Of a stretch of 64,000 nucleotides of DNA, positions 12,509-23,494 are shown piece after piece (position 1 is the stretch's first letter; every line of letters starts with the position of its first letter). This stretch comes from Picochlorum sp. SENEW3 (Eukaryota), in contig CP120453.1 in assembly GCA_034226945.1 (NCBI GenBank), positions 620,001 through 684,000 of the forward strand, given 5' to 3'. A model generated the notes under the pieces. It worked only from the letters and a program-made list of their open reading frames with translations, searched no databases and had not been told where the DNA came from. A program made the translations under genes and the position numbers.

Positions 12509-12967
12509 ACGTGTTGACTTCAGACTCTGTGGAGTTTGAGTACAATGACAACAAGGTTCACGTTGGTGGGTCACCACTCATTCATGCATTTTTTTAAAAT
12601 CCATCCTTGGATTCAATATGTATCGTGCACCGGCAACGGCACATTCGTATTTTTATAGGAGAGAAGCAGCGCCTTCTCCTTTTTTTAAAAGAAAGAAAAG
12701 CATGCTTTGTTTTTCTTTCAACAACCATCAAAGCCTTACGTTGACCGGAGTGCATGTACGGATCACCATCATCAATAGATTTCTGGATTCCTAGATAAAG
12801 CACGTCGGAAGCTGCGCAACGCTGCAACAAGGGTCAATCGTATGCCATCCTCCTTGGAGTGAACCAAAGAACAATATCTACTAGAGTATAGCATATAGAA
12901 GGAACAATTGCAACATGGGTTTGGCTTGGTAGTCGTTGAACCTCGCTGAACGCTTTCGACGTGGACC

Positions 12968-14074
12968 ATGAAGAATCAGGAGGGAACCCAACAGCATCAG
13001 GATATAGTAGAGATGGGTAATGGGAATGGCATAGTGGGGTCTGGAGGTCATGTTCGAAGGTCGAATAGGTCCAGTGCGAGTCAATACAAGCGCGTGGGTG
13101 GTACTGGCGGGTCATTGGCGGGTGAGGGGCCTCGAGGGAATCCTGTGGGTCCGACGAGTCGATTCGATTCGAGTTTGAAATTATTAACAAAGAAGTTTAT
13201 TGAATTGATGAATTCGACGGATGGGAAGGGGTTGGACCTGAATGCGGCGGTTCGAGAGATGGGGGTGCAGAAGAGGAGGATTTACGATATTACAAATGTG
13301 CTCGAGGGGATTGGGATGCTGGTGAAATCGGGGCAGAGTGATATTCGGTATAGTTCTGATATAGGGGCATCGTATCACCCCAGTCCTGTGAATGGAGAGG
13401 GCGTTCCTGGTGGTGTGCAGTATCGTGGCACGACAGTTCATGATGACTATATTGATGAAGGGTCCTTGGAGTATCAGATTGAATGTTTGACGGCCATGTC
13501 GCAGAAATTGCGTGTTCAAGAAGAGGGTTTGCAGGAGGCGATGAAGGAATTGGTGAGTCATGATGTGAATACGATGAGGTTGTATGTGACGGATGCGGAT
13601 GTGAGTTTTCTGCCGACGGTGCATGCTGGGGATCAGATTCTGACGATATTAGCGCCTCATGGGACATCGATTGAAGTGAACGATGGTGATGATAATAATA
13701 AGGTTGTGCACGTGTCGAGTGAGAAGGATGAGTTGGAGATTTACTCTATATCTGGGAGGCAAGCACAGGCTGGTGATGCGTCACACGAGTTGCAACCAAG
13801 TCTTTCTCCGTTTATGAGGAATCCAGACTTGATTGGATGGAGTGGGGATGACATTCCTCTAATGCCTCCTTCTTCGAATGGAAAAGAGGGAGGTATCCAC
13901 GCAGCGCAGTTTCTGTTGTCAGAGCAGAGTCCACCCCGTACCCGTCCAGGGGTACAGGCATCATCCCCTGAAAGATTGTTTGTTGATGATGAGATGGATG
14001 GGTTGGTCGACTTTGAGAAAGGGGATCGTAGCCAGCACCAGGTGATTGACACCAGACACTCGCCTCGTGTGTAG
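12968..14074 (+). CDS. E2F: E2F-family transcription factor
   Basis: Winged-helix SRFDSSLKLLTKKF...KRRIYDITNVLEGIG, followed by a coiled coil and marked-box-like LYVTDAD...APHGTSIEV. Confidence 0.92.
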   Translation: MKNQEGTQQHQDIVEMGNGNGIVGSGGHVRRSNRSSASQYKRVGGTGGSLAGEGPRGNPVGPTSRFDSSLKLLTKKFIELMNSTDGKGLDLNAAVREMGVQKRRIYDITNVLEGIGMLVKSGQSDIRYSSDIGASYHPSPVNGEGVPGGVQYRGTTVHDDYIDEGSLEYQIECLTAMSQKLRVQEEGLQEAMKELVSHDVNTMRLYVTDADVSFLPTVHAGDQILTILAPHGTSIEVNDGDDNNKVVHVSSEKDELEIYSISGRQAQAGDASHELQPSLSPFMRNPDLIGWSGDDIPLMPPSSNGKEGGIHAAQFLLSEQSPPRTRPGVQASSPERLFVDDEMDGLVDFEKGDRSQHQVIDTRHSPRV

Positions 14075-14230
14075 TGGTAGGATGTGGGCTCTGTTGTGTT
14101 GTCAAGGTAGAGCCAGCAGACTATGTAGAAGATTTTCTTGTATTACCGTATGAATACATGTATGAATACAAATGAATAGACGAATACAAATGCTGCCATG
14201 TAACCATTGTGAATTAATAATACCTTTTCT

Positions 14231-14686
14231 TTAGGAACACCATGGCAACGTGCATCGTGCATCGGATGGTGGTCCACCAGCTAGCAGCAAGATGACAACC
14301 AACAAGAATGCGGCTGATGCAATGCCTAGCTGAGAGAATGCCGTGCTGCTCCATACACCGAGGACTCTGTCCTCTTCTTTTCTAATGGCATCTAGAGGAG
14401 ATGATGTTTTTCTACGTCTATCGAACCGAGGCGGCGGGGCTGTGCTCGTCTTCTTTTTCTGCTCTTGGCCAGTCCTCTCCCCTTGTCCTCCTGCCTCCGA
14501 GGTAGGATTTTTGAATTGAGACCATGCTGCATCCCAGTCTACCTTGTCTTCATCAGAAGAACTCTTAACAATATGAAATTTTCTACCAGTGCAATATCGA
14601 TGCTTTGTAAAGGTGCGTGGTGGGTTGGAGAAATTCCAAATGTGGGTCTTTGTTGTAGAAGAGATACCAGTCCTTGTCAGCGCCAT
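14231..14686 (-). CDS. Small, probably plastid-targeted single-TM protein of unknown function
   Basis: Ser/Thr/Lys-rich N-terminus, VDWDAAW motif, TM segment and C-terminal GPPSDARCTLPWC. Confidence 0.7.
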   Translation of the reverse strand: MALTRTGISSTTKTHIWNFSNPPRTFTKHRYCTGRKFHIVKSSSDEDKVDWDAAWSQFKNPTSEAGGQGERTGQEQKKKTSTAPPPRFDRRRKTSSPLDAIRKEEDRVLGVWSSTAFSQLGIASAAFLLVVILLLAGGPPSDARCTLPWCS

Positions 14687-14946
14687 TGTGGAGCCATGAA
14701 ATAAACAAAATTATTCTTGTACAAAATAGTAATACGTAAACGATGTTCAAAAGTGAGGCACACGAGGGACCTGTCGTCACTGTTGTAGATCGTACGAACA
14801 GCGCTCCCAACTTTTAAGTAGCCCTGGCATGGGCTATTCCAGGCCTGGAATATTGGTGTGCAAATAGATCATGCATGGAGCTCGGATACACATACAAGCT
14901 GTGTTACAAATATATATATTGGTATGTTGATCGATTCATGGGTGAT

Positions 14947-17900
14947 TTATGAATCTTCGTTGGAGGCACACCTGGATGAAGAAGAATTACATCGACCACT
15001 GGCACTGAGAAGATTTTGCAGAGTGTGTTTGAGCTCTGCATCCTGGTCGAGTTCTTGTATAGAAATATGCATTCTATATCTCCAGTAATGTTCAGGATTG
15101 GACGGAACATTGATTGTTTCCTCGTCGGGATCTCTCTGGGGAAGAACATGGGACATGGCAATAATGTCTTGAATGGAGAAGATGGACAGAATGGATGGAG
15201 AGAAGAGGTGCTGTTTCACGACGTCTCTCACAATATCTGGTGTGCAGGTGGTTGAAGTTTTATTGTGCATTCCAAGAATAGTCTCGCAATACCGGGTTCT
15301 CCTGCCTGCATTCTCCTCAAACCATGCTCTGAAATTGGTGGTGTCATGCGATGATGGTGAGGCGACTGTCATGTATCCGTACTTGCCCGTGTTTCCAAAC
15401 TCTGCCCCGTATTGTGATGGCATTCTCTGTATCCGAAGTCCAATAATACCCAAATCCTCCATAACAGGATGCACACATGGTGGAATCATGCCCAAGTCTT
15501 CACCACAGACAAGCATATCAGTTGCGTGCTGCATCATGGGTAGTGTCTTGTACGCTTGATGTCTCCACATGGAATCTGATCGCGAGCCATAAAATGAGTC
15601 ATCATGCATCTCTTTCAGTACATGCTTCCAATGTGGATCCTCTAGATGATCGTACGATGTTGTATGGGTAAGATTGAATCGTGGGAAAAAGTGATGATCT
15701 GGATTGTCATGGTCCCTGACGAGGCACACATTCTGGCACAGGGTTAGTAGAACGCTCCGCACGCGTTCAGTATCCACTGCCGTATGATCTGGTATGCCAG
15801 GCCTCGATCTTAGAGACCATATAAATATCTCTGACGCGTACTTTTCTTTGAATCTGTATCTGTTCCCGGGAGAGGGTTGGAAGAAACGCTCTTTCACCTC
15901 CTCCTCAAGTTCTGGGTCATCCAAGAGTTCATGGAGCAATGCATCAGTCACGTAGGGCTCGGCAAGACGATCGATATCCCACAACCCTTGGATTTCCAGG
16001 TCTTCGCGAGAATAATGCAAGGACGGTCTAAACCTTCCAAGCAACCCCGACTTGGCATTGGCAGGTAATTCCCAAATCCTAAAGAATCCCAGGATATGGT
16101 CAATGCGATATGCTTGAAAGTACTGTGCCATGTGTGACAGCCTTCTTCGCCACCATGCATACCCATCCTTTGCCATACACTCCCAATTGTACGTGGGAAA
16201 TCCCCAATTTTGCCCTCCTGGATCAAAGTAGTCTGGTGGGGCACCTGTACTCGTGTGCATCCTGAACAATGTTGGATGCATCCATGTGTCCACAGACCTT
16301 TTATCGACACCAATTGGCAAGTCACCTTTCAACACAATACCCATTTCTCGCAATTTTTGAGAAGAATGTAAAAGTTGTGTGTGCAATTTGAACTGAAGGT
16401 AACAGTAAAACTTGATTGTACCATGCCATTCTTGCTCTGGAGACGCTAGATGATCAAGCATCTCTGGCGTCGGTTTTGAAAACTTTCCCCATTTCCAGTG
16501 CTCAGAGGTTTGAAACATATCTCTCAAAAAACAGAAAACTGCGTATGGTATTAACCACTGCGAATTCGAGCTCGCAAACTCCATATATGCATCACTTGCC
16601 ATATCTTCTTTGCCAAACTCTTCAAAAATCATTCTGGCCATTTTCATTTTGAAATCAACAGTCTCTTCATAGTCCACATCCACGTAGATTCCATTGGCGT
16701 CATCAGGATCACCACAGCAGGACACTGTGGAGGAGATTTCTGCACAGCCGCTGTCAATATCTGACAACAAGGCAGAATATACCTCTGCATTCCTGTCCAC
16801 ATACGGTGCTAGGAGGTCTGCCAGACTCAGGTACATTGGATGCAGTGCAAACACACACAGCGATGAGTATGGGTAGCTATCCCGCCAGTCTTTTCTGACT
16901 TGAGTATCACACACGGGCAACAGCTGCAGAAGAGAAAACCCACACGCCTTGCACCATGCTCCCATCCGCACCAGATCGGTGAACTCACCACAACCAATAC
17001 TATTTTCAGTTCTTAAGGAAAAAACAGGGACAGCAACTCCAGCACCCCTCCATCTGTCTTGTCGACGTACAAACCCATCATACTGTGCAATGCTGCTCAC
17101 AGATCCATCAGTCGCAGGAGGCAGCACAATCAACCTGCTCTCTCCTGGCTCTAAAATTAAATCCCTCTCTGGCCTTCCAATCGCATATTTATATGTCACA
17201 GGAAACGCACTCACTGGAATCCACAATTCCTGTTCCCAGCACCCTTTACTACCCTGCTGATTCATCCACACAACCTGCTGCAACTGCCAATTCCCAAGGA
17301 TTGCCGTTCCCCCCGTGATACAAATAGATTCACCTTGCATCAACTCTAAATCCATGGCGTGAAACCGCACCAGCACATGGTCTCGCACGTGAATTGGTTT
17401 CTCAGGACCTCTCTGTTTCTTCAGCAACAAGGTATCCGACTCTCTGGCGTGATCAGTCTGCAACACCACATTTGCAAACGCCGACGACTTTAACACATTT
17501 GCATGGTGAGACGAGTCGACCCACACCGATGACACATACACGGACGACCCATCCACAGCCTCATCTTTCTTCAAACGAAGGGTATACTTGTTGCTTTCAA
17601 ACTTGATCACTTCCTTCGTATGTTCATTCACCACAACAAATTGAAACACAATTTTATACGTATCCTCATCCTCTTCCTCCAAAGCATCCACAGGAAACGG
17701 CACCGTGACCTCCCACAAAAGTTTGCTGTTCATCGCAGCACTCGAGCTGCTACTGCTACAACAACTACCTCCATCATGCACAGCACTCCCATCGCCGTCC
17801 GCACCCACCGCTCTACACGTAGCAACTTTCGCTCTGCATGCAAACATGACATGATACATCCGAATCATCAACCATGGTTCACTGGACACCAGTACGACGT

Positions 17901-18054
17901 ACAGTTCCAAGTCATAGTCTCCGAGCACCGGGCCTTGCCCAGTGATAACGACTCTCTCACCCCATCTTGTATAGTAATGAGTAGAAAAAATAACACGTAT
18001 CATTCCCTGCCTCGCCATCAACGGTACAGAGTTTGTATCATTCTCGCTGACCAT
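14947..18054 (-). CDS. DPE2: 4-alpha-glucanotransferase (GH77) with N-terminal CBM20 domains
   Basis: WRGAGVAVPVFSLR, LKGDLPIGV, YRIDHILGFFRIW, CGEDLG and two CBM20-like segments. Probable 69-nt in-frame intron at 17902-17834. Confidence 0.93.
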   Translation of the reverse strand: MVSENDTNSVPLMARQGMIRVIFSTHYYTRWGERVVITGQGPVLGDYDLELYVVLVSSEPWLMIRMYHVMFACRAKVATCRAVGADGDGSAVHDGGSCCSSSSSSAAMNSKLLWEVTVPFPVDALEEEDEDTYKIVFQFVVVNEHTKEVIKFESNKYTLRLKKDEAVDGSSVYVSSVWVDSSHHANVLKSSAFANVVLQTDHARESDTLLLKKQRGPEKPIHVRDHVLVRFHAMDLELMQGESICITGGTAILGNWQLQQVVWMNQQGSKGCWEQELWIPVSAFPVTYKYAIGRPERDLILEPGESRLIVLPPATDGSVSSIAQYDGFVRRQDRWRGAGVAVPVFSLRTENSIGCGEFTDLVRMGAWCKACGFSLLQLLPVCDTQVRKDWRDSYPYSSLCVFALHPMYLSLADLLAPYVDRNAEVYSALLSDIDSGCAEISSTVSCCGDPDDANGIYVDVDYEETVDFKMKMARMIFEEFGKEDMASDAYMEFASSNSQWLIPYAVFCFLRDMFQTSEHWKWGKFSKPTPEMLDHLASPEQEWHGTIKFYCYLQFKLHTQLLHSSQKLREMGIVLKGDLPIGVDKRSVDTWMHPTLFRMHTSTGAPPDYFDPGGQNWGFPTYNWECMAKDGYAWWRRRLSHMAQYFQAYRIDHILGFFRIWELPANAKSGLLGRFRPSLHYSREDLEIQGLWDIDRLAEPYVTDALLHELLDDPELEEEVKERFFQPSPGNRYRFKEKYASEIFIWSLRSRPGIPDHTAVDTERVRSVLLTLCQNVCLVRDHDNPDHHFFPRFNLTHTTSYDHLEDPHWKHVLKEMHDDSFYGSRSDSMWRHQAYKTLPMMQHATDMLVCGEDLGMIPPCVHPVMEDLGIIGLRIQRMPSQYGAEFGNTGKYGYMTVASPSSHDTTNFRAWFEENAGRRTRYCETILGMHNKTSTTCTPDIVRDVVKQHLFSPSILSIFSIQDIIAMSHVLPQRDPDEETINVPSNPEHYWRYRMHISIQELDQDAELKHTLQNLLSASGRCNSSSSRCASNEDS

Positions 18055-18295
18055 GGCGAAACCTCGAATCACTGACTCCACCTGGGAATACAATTACTTG
18101 TCAAAAACAGTCATAATGACATCAGAATACATTATAATTATGGGTTTGCGCGATGCAGTGCGTTCACAGATACATCTTCAGACCCACACTCTGAAGTTTC
18201 TTTCTATTTACGGAGTACATGCCGCCCCTCCGACGCTTCATCTTCATGGGTGCGTCTGCAACGCTATTATTCATGAAATACCAAAATCAAAGACC

Positions 18296-19447
18296 ATGGC
18301 ATCCGACATCACCCTGTACAGGCTCAAACCTGGGCATTCCCTCCCATCATGTAGCCTTGGGTGTTTGTACCTCGAGGTATGTTGTCAATGCATTGCTGTA
18401 TTTGTCTTTACGAGCCATGTATGTGAAGAAGTACATCTTCTGCAGGGATATCTAGCGATAGCATTGGCGCAGCAGCGCCGTAGAGAGGAGGAACGCTCTT
18501 CGCAGACTCCCAGTTTGACACAGTCATACAGGACTGTGGACTGCACATGGGAGACGTGCTCCCCTTCCGGTAGACTGCCATGTTTGGATTGGAAAGGGAA
18601 ACTTGTATGTAGGCCTGAAGGTTGCACTCGGGACGATTATGATGGGATGGAGGAAGCAGAGTATATTATTCACAGAATGCATCAAATGGGTATTCTTCCT
18701 GCCATGCACCTAGATGATGCCCTGGATGATGAACACAGAGCTGTATGCGAGGGGTTTGTATGTCTTTTAAAGCAGATTGTAGTCCCTGCAATACAGTCGT
18801 CCCTGTGGTTGGAGAAGAGGTGTTACCATGCCTTTACACAGGACATGTTTGGAAAAGGACTGTCGTTTCCGTTGAATAGAATACTACCTAGAGTACAGCA
18901 GTTTCATATGAAGCGGTCTTCATCGCACAGGTTGAAACATCATCATGAGGATGAAGAGTATTCTACTTCTGACAGCAACGTCTACACGGCTGCGTCCAGA
19001 GCACTGGAGCGTATTGGCAAATATGTTGCGAGCATGAAACCTTTGGAGCAGCGTGAGATGCAGTTTGCATTTTATCCTTCACCATCATCATGCGATGCCC
19101 TCCTCTTCTCATGCCTTTCCATGATCCGATGCTTCCCTGTCCATAGTGCCCTACGACAGGCATCAAAGCCTCTTGATAGATATGCAGATACTCTAGCAAG
19201 GAATGTTGTAGGTACCTCCATCACCATGGGCGCAATAGCTGATAGAACCTGGGCCAACATACGACCCATACTCCCTCCCTCTTCTCACGCACAGCACTCT
19301 CATGAAGAACAAGAAACACCAGCTTCCATAGGAACCAAAGGAACCTATTGGCTCATCGGAGTGGGCACCTTGTTTGCTGCCTACATGCTTTTGGGAGGGC
19401 AGTATTTTGAAATTCAAGAACTGATGGAGGATGAGGATGATCACTGA
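18296..19447 (+). CDS. Metaxin-like mitochondrial outer-membrane import protein
   Basis: LPSCSLGCL, SPSGRLPCL, GLSFPLNRI, PSSCDALLF and a C-terminal TM helix. Probable 69-nt in-frame intron at 18377-18445. Confidence 0.75.
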   Translation: MASDITLYRLKPGHSLPSCSLGCLYLEVCCQCIAVFVFTSHVCEEVHLLQGYLAIALAQQRRREEERSSQTPSLTQSYRTVDCTWETCSPSGRLPCLDWKGKLVCRPEGCTRDDYDGMEEAEYIIHRMHQMGILPAMHLDDALDDEHRAVCEGFVCLLKQIVVPAIQSSLWLEKRCYHAFTQDMFGKGLSFPLNRILPRVQQFHMKRSSSHRLKHHHEDEEYSTSDSNVYTAASRALERIGKYVASMKPLEQREMQFAFYPSPSSCDALLFSCLSMIRCFPVHSALRQASKPLDRYADTLARNVVGTSITMGAIADRTWANIRPILPPSSHAQHSHEEQETPASIGTKGTYWLIGVGTLFAAYMLLGGQYFEIQELMEDEDDH

Positions 19448-19511
19448 TACACAGCGGCTGCGACCCAATATTCTTTTCCAATACATATTATTTATTGTGT
19501 ACAGAAAAGAT

Positions 19512-21281
19512 ATGCTACATCTGGGAACTGGGCTCTGTTCCATTCCAGTGGACGTGCTCAACAACACGACTCTTGACGACCGTGGAGCCACCGTTGGGCG
19601 TGGACAAGACTGCGTTGTCTCAATCAACCAGCACAATAGCACCCATTCAAAATTATATAGGCTTATATCGAAGCAACACGCGCTCTTGAGACTGTCTGAC
19701 GATGGTTTGTATGTGAAAGATTTCGAATCGAGAAATGGGACATTTGTCAACCAGACCAAGTTGACGGACAACTCGTGGGTGAAACTGCGAGAAAATGATA
19801 TTGTATCTTTAGGATGGTGCGTTGGTTTGAGTTGACATGTGCTGCATGACTTTTATGGTCACGTGTGTATATCCTTGGTTTGCAGCCCTGCTCGGCACCC
19901 TTCCTTGGGGTCGATGAACAATCCATATTCGTTGCGGGTGTCAGGGATTGAGCTGTACTTGTCAAAGCACAAGAAACAGATGGGAACCTCACCATCGACC
20001 ATGTATGATTCACGAGTGAGGGACTCGAGTGGAGGGTTTCGGTCCTGGGAGGCAATAAAGCAAAGTTTTCTCCAGAATAGCCAGGAGCAACGGTCTCACA
20101 AGAAGCCGCGCGTGCAGGCGAGTAATGTGATTGATTTGACAGAGGATGATGCTTCTACTCCTCCTCCTCCTCCTTCGCAGACTACCCGATCTCCTCCTGG
20201 TGCGCTGCCCAGCACCCAATCATCTCAGAACTGGAGTACTCCATCAACACAGCGGCAACAACGACAAAGGCCTTCTCCTGCTCCTGTTGCGAGTTCTTCG
20301 ATGCAACCACCGACGGCAACAAAACCAGCAGCACAGACACCTGCGAGTGGTGGCAGATATATGTTGAGGCGACCATTGAAAGTTGCCGGGAAAATCCACA
20401 CATATCTGGAGGAAGAGTTTGTAAAACTCTTCCCAGGACTGGTGAAAGGTTTGGAGGAAGATTACGAAAGGGGATGTCGACTGGTGGCAGATGCCTATGG
20501 CCGCTGGTATAAACAATGGTCACAGGTACAGGTCTCCAAGGTTTTGAGAAACTTTGTGGAAAGTCTCCCGGATGTATATGTCTGTCGCTGTGACGGAGGA
20601 AAACATTTGAAATATCCGTATATTCGCCTCCCAGCATGCGACCATAGCATGTGTCTGTCATGCTTGCACAGACATGTGGTGCTGAGGAGAAACAGCACGT
20701 GTATGATTTGTAGAGCACATATAGATGGCATGCCGCACAATGATCCGTGGGTCGATGATGAAATTCTTAAAATTATGAGGAGAAAGCAGGTGATGGAACA
20801 TCTTAGAGATCGTCTACCTCCAGAGTCGCAGGTTTCAGCAATGCTGTCCCAACTGAAGAGCAACCTTGTCCAGGAGCAGAGGTTCACGTATGCACAGGAC
20901 GTCAATGTACCGCACTTGATGTCCCATGAGTTTATTTTGGCGAATTCTACAAAGAAATGTGAGACGTGCAACGTCGAGCGCGGCGACTCGACCATCCTTG
21001 GCATTGTCAAGTCCCCAGCAGAAGACAGGGACGTGCACACAGACCCAACATGCCAAACATCATGGCATCACGTGAAATGTCTCGATCCAAGCATCAGGAT
21101 GCATGTACTATCTGAAGGTGTGAGAGGATTTTCAAAGATGAAGCCGGAGCAGAAGACAAGGTTGCTGAAAGAGCTGGCTGATGGGACTCCTCCTCCAGAC
21201 CTTGCTAAAAAAAAAACTAACAATGGTGCGTCTCCCATGGTGGAGGGGGGCAACACAGCAACCCCCGTCCCTGCAACCTAG
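19512..21281 (+). CDS. FHA + RING + PARP-type zinc-finger protein (CHFR/RNF8-like E3 ligase candidate)
   Basis: Exon 19512-19816 encodes an FHA (VGRG, ISKQHA, KDFESRNGTFVN). Intron 19817-19885. Exon 2 has a Pro/Ser/Gln linker, a RING-like CDHSMCLSC...CMICR and C-terminal CETC...WHHVKC...GFSKMKPEQK. Confidence 0.75.
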
Positions 21282-21381
21282 ACTCATTGCTTCGTACCCC
21301 GTGTTCAATGGTATTTAAATAATTAAAAATTCATCAAGTAAAGCCTTATTTTGTGATTGCTCATACTCCGAGGAATCGTCA

Positions 21382-22197
21382 ATGGTGTCGGTGAAGAAAA
21401 CACAGAGAGAAGAGGAGGCAACAGGGTCCCGTCGTCAGAGACGTGGGAATAAAGGAAGTAATGGAAATGAAGAAGTTATTGACATGGGGATGGGTGCAGT
21501 AGAAGTTCCCGAGGTGTTTACGACCGAAGGAGGAGCAACTGGCGAGGAAGATGCTGCAGCACAAATTCACCTGGCAACGTCGGGTCAACTCACCTCTAAT
21601 GATGAAGAAAAAAATGCTTCAGCTAAAAAACGTGAGAGATCTGAGCCTCGCGCTGAAGAGGACGAGGAAGACAAGGAGGGGAGCGAGCCGGTCCAACCTT
21701 ATACGCAGAAGAAGAGGCGGTGCGTATGGTCTCCACGAGAGAAGGAAATGGTGCTTAAAAAGGTTGCTGACTTTGGTGGGCGCAAGGCAGAAGCTGTCCA
21801 ATGGTTCAAGGCTGAATTCCCCGGGTTGTGGGAAAGTCTCACGTCCTCCACCATTATTCGCTGGCAAACTGAGAAGGACAACCCGGATCCCAATCGAAAT
21901 AGAAAGAGAGGAAGACCAAAGGGTTTGCCAGAGCATGTAGAGGACTTTTTGGTGGATCAGGTCAAGGTGATCAAGGAGGAGAATCCATCGGTGACAATGA
22001 CTGGCATGTTGCCAAAGCTGAAGGATTCCATGCGTGCTCACGGATACGCTCAGTATTTGTTTGAAAACAATGGAAAATTCAAGATGAGTATGACATGGTT
22101 GAGGCGTGTCGCGTTTGTGGAGCTCGGAATGAAGTCATGGAAACAAGAGCATATCGATGAGGACGATGTCCTCACCGATGAAGAAGCTCGCTCATAG
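21382..22197 (+). CDS. Putative DNA-binding protein resembling the pogo/CENP-B transposase N-terminus; no DDE domain
   Basis: 271-aa intronless ORF: WSPREK...STIIRW (HTH-like), AT-hook-like RKRGRPK and a second helical domain ending FKMSMTWLRR. Confidence 0.55.
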   Translation: MVSVKKTQREEEATGSRRQRRGNKGSNGNEEVIDMGMGAVEVPEVFTTEGGATGEEDAAAQIHLATSGQLTSNDEEKNASAKKRERSEPRAEEDEEDKEGSEPVQPYTQKKRRCVWSPREKEMVLKKVADFGGRKAEAVQWFKAEFPGLWESLTSSTIIRWQTEKDNPDPNRNRKRGRPKGLPEHVEDFLVDQVKVIKEENPSVTMTGMLPKLKDSMRAHGYAQYLFENNGKFKMSMTWLRRVAFVELGMKSWKQEHIDEDDVLTDEEARS

Positions 22198-22452
22198 TAG
22201 AGCAGTATTTATGTTTTTCTATTTCTGCTGAATGACGGATGAATATGGATTCATTCCACCACAATCACACTTGTTTTCTCTTTTTTTTCCTTGAGACACA
22301 ATTTGACCATCATGTAAAACATGTAAATCATCATGGATTTCTTTCTTTTTGGCAAATCACGCATACAAGAAGAGTTTTTTTAGAAATTTTAAAACATGTT
22401 GTGCATGTACAGAAAAAAGATGTATTCATGGAAAAAGAGAGTGTCATACTCA

Positions 22453-23450
22453 TCATGACAGGCGCATAGCCACCAGAAGAAAGTATTGCTGCTTATTTTT
22501 CTGATATCGATACAAAAATGGTATCTCCGACGTGTCGCTCTCTGCATCAAAGTACAGTCTACCCTTCATGACTGCTCGATTATGAAAGCCAGTATGCTTC
22601 CTTGGCCTGGATACTGGCTTGAGGCCCAGTTTTGACATCATATCCTGGACCATGCGATTGCGAGGCCTGTCTTCATGCTGCTCTGATTCATTTGAAGGAT
22701 ATTCTAGATCCACCCAGCCAGCAGTACCACCTACTTCCTCTCTCACCACCTGCAAGCCTGGTACAGGCTCACCGCCTTGGAAGCTGTGCAAGAGGAACTT
22801 GTTCAGATCATTCTCCAAATCTACCCTTTGTTCTTCGTTGCAAAATTTGCGAGAATGTTTGAGCAGATATGCACGAGCTTTGAAGGAGGTGTTTCCTTAA
22901 AAAGGCAATCTATTGGCCCTATTCATGGCATTTTCCAAGACAGCACGAGTAAAAACATGGTGGCACCAAGGAACCTCGTGACCCAATGGCAAACAGAACG
23001 AGGTCCGTTTACCCTTTTGCATGGGCCTCAATCCTTCCATCGGCATCAGAGACCCCTCGAGAGTTCAAATATCCAGAGAAGCAGTCTTTCGGAAGGGATC
23101 GTACGAAACCCTTCCCCTTCCGAGATGGCTGTGTGTATCCCATCAAAAGAAACGTTTGATCGGAGATAAGAAGGTATGTTCCGTAAATAGAAAAATTTTC
23201 GCCACCACAATGTAATCTGGGATTTGTTTCTACTTCTACAAACAAGGAACTTTTTCGATGTTCTACTAACACCATAGAACGCATGTACGTATTGATGTGT
23301 AAAAGTAACATAGAGGGTGAGTAGAAAAAGAACAATCCAGAAGCAAGTGCACCACTTTGTGCTGGAAGCTGCACCAAGTGGTGCACTTGCTTCAAACGAT
23401 ATTTGTTGAGGAAAATCTTCGCTCTCCATAAAAAGAAATTTAGATATCAT
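22453..23450 (-). other. Possible multi-exon orphan gene or decayed gene (three non-contiguous ORF pieces)
   Basis: ORFs 23450-23046, 23395-23009 and 22818-22453. A phase-compatible intron 23374-23236 can join the first two; I found no good in-frame junction to the third. Confidence 0.3.
23340..23393. repeat. 54-nt inverted repeat/hairpin with an 18-bp perfect outer stem
   Basis: gaagcaagtgcaccactt (23340-23357) is the exact reverse complement of aagtggtgcacttgcttc (23376-23393); 4 further pairs follow one mismatch. Confidence 0.9.
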
Positions 23451-23494
23451 TTTAATGTTCTAAATACGAAGTTACATTCCTTAAAAAGTTTGAG

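Noticed and set aside
18053..18295. Apparent head-to-head overlap of the DPE2 and metaxin ORFs
   Set aside because: ORF-caller 5' extensions; likely starts at 18054 (-) and 18296 (+) leave a normal divergent promoter.
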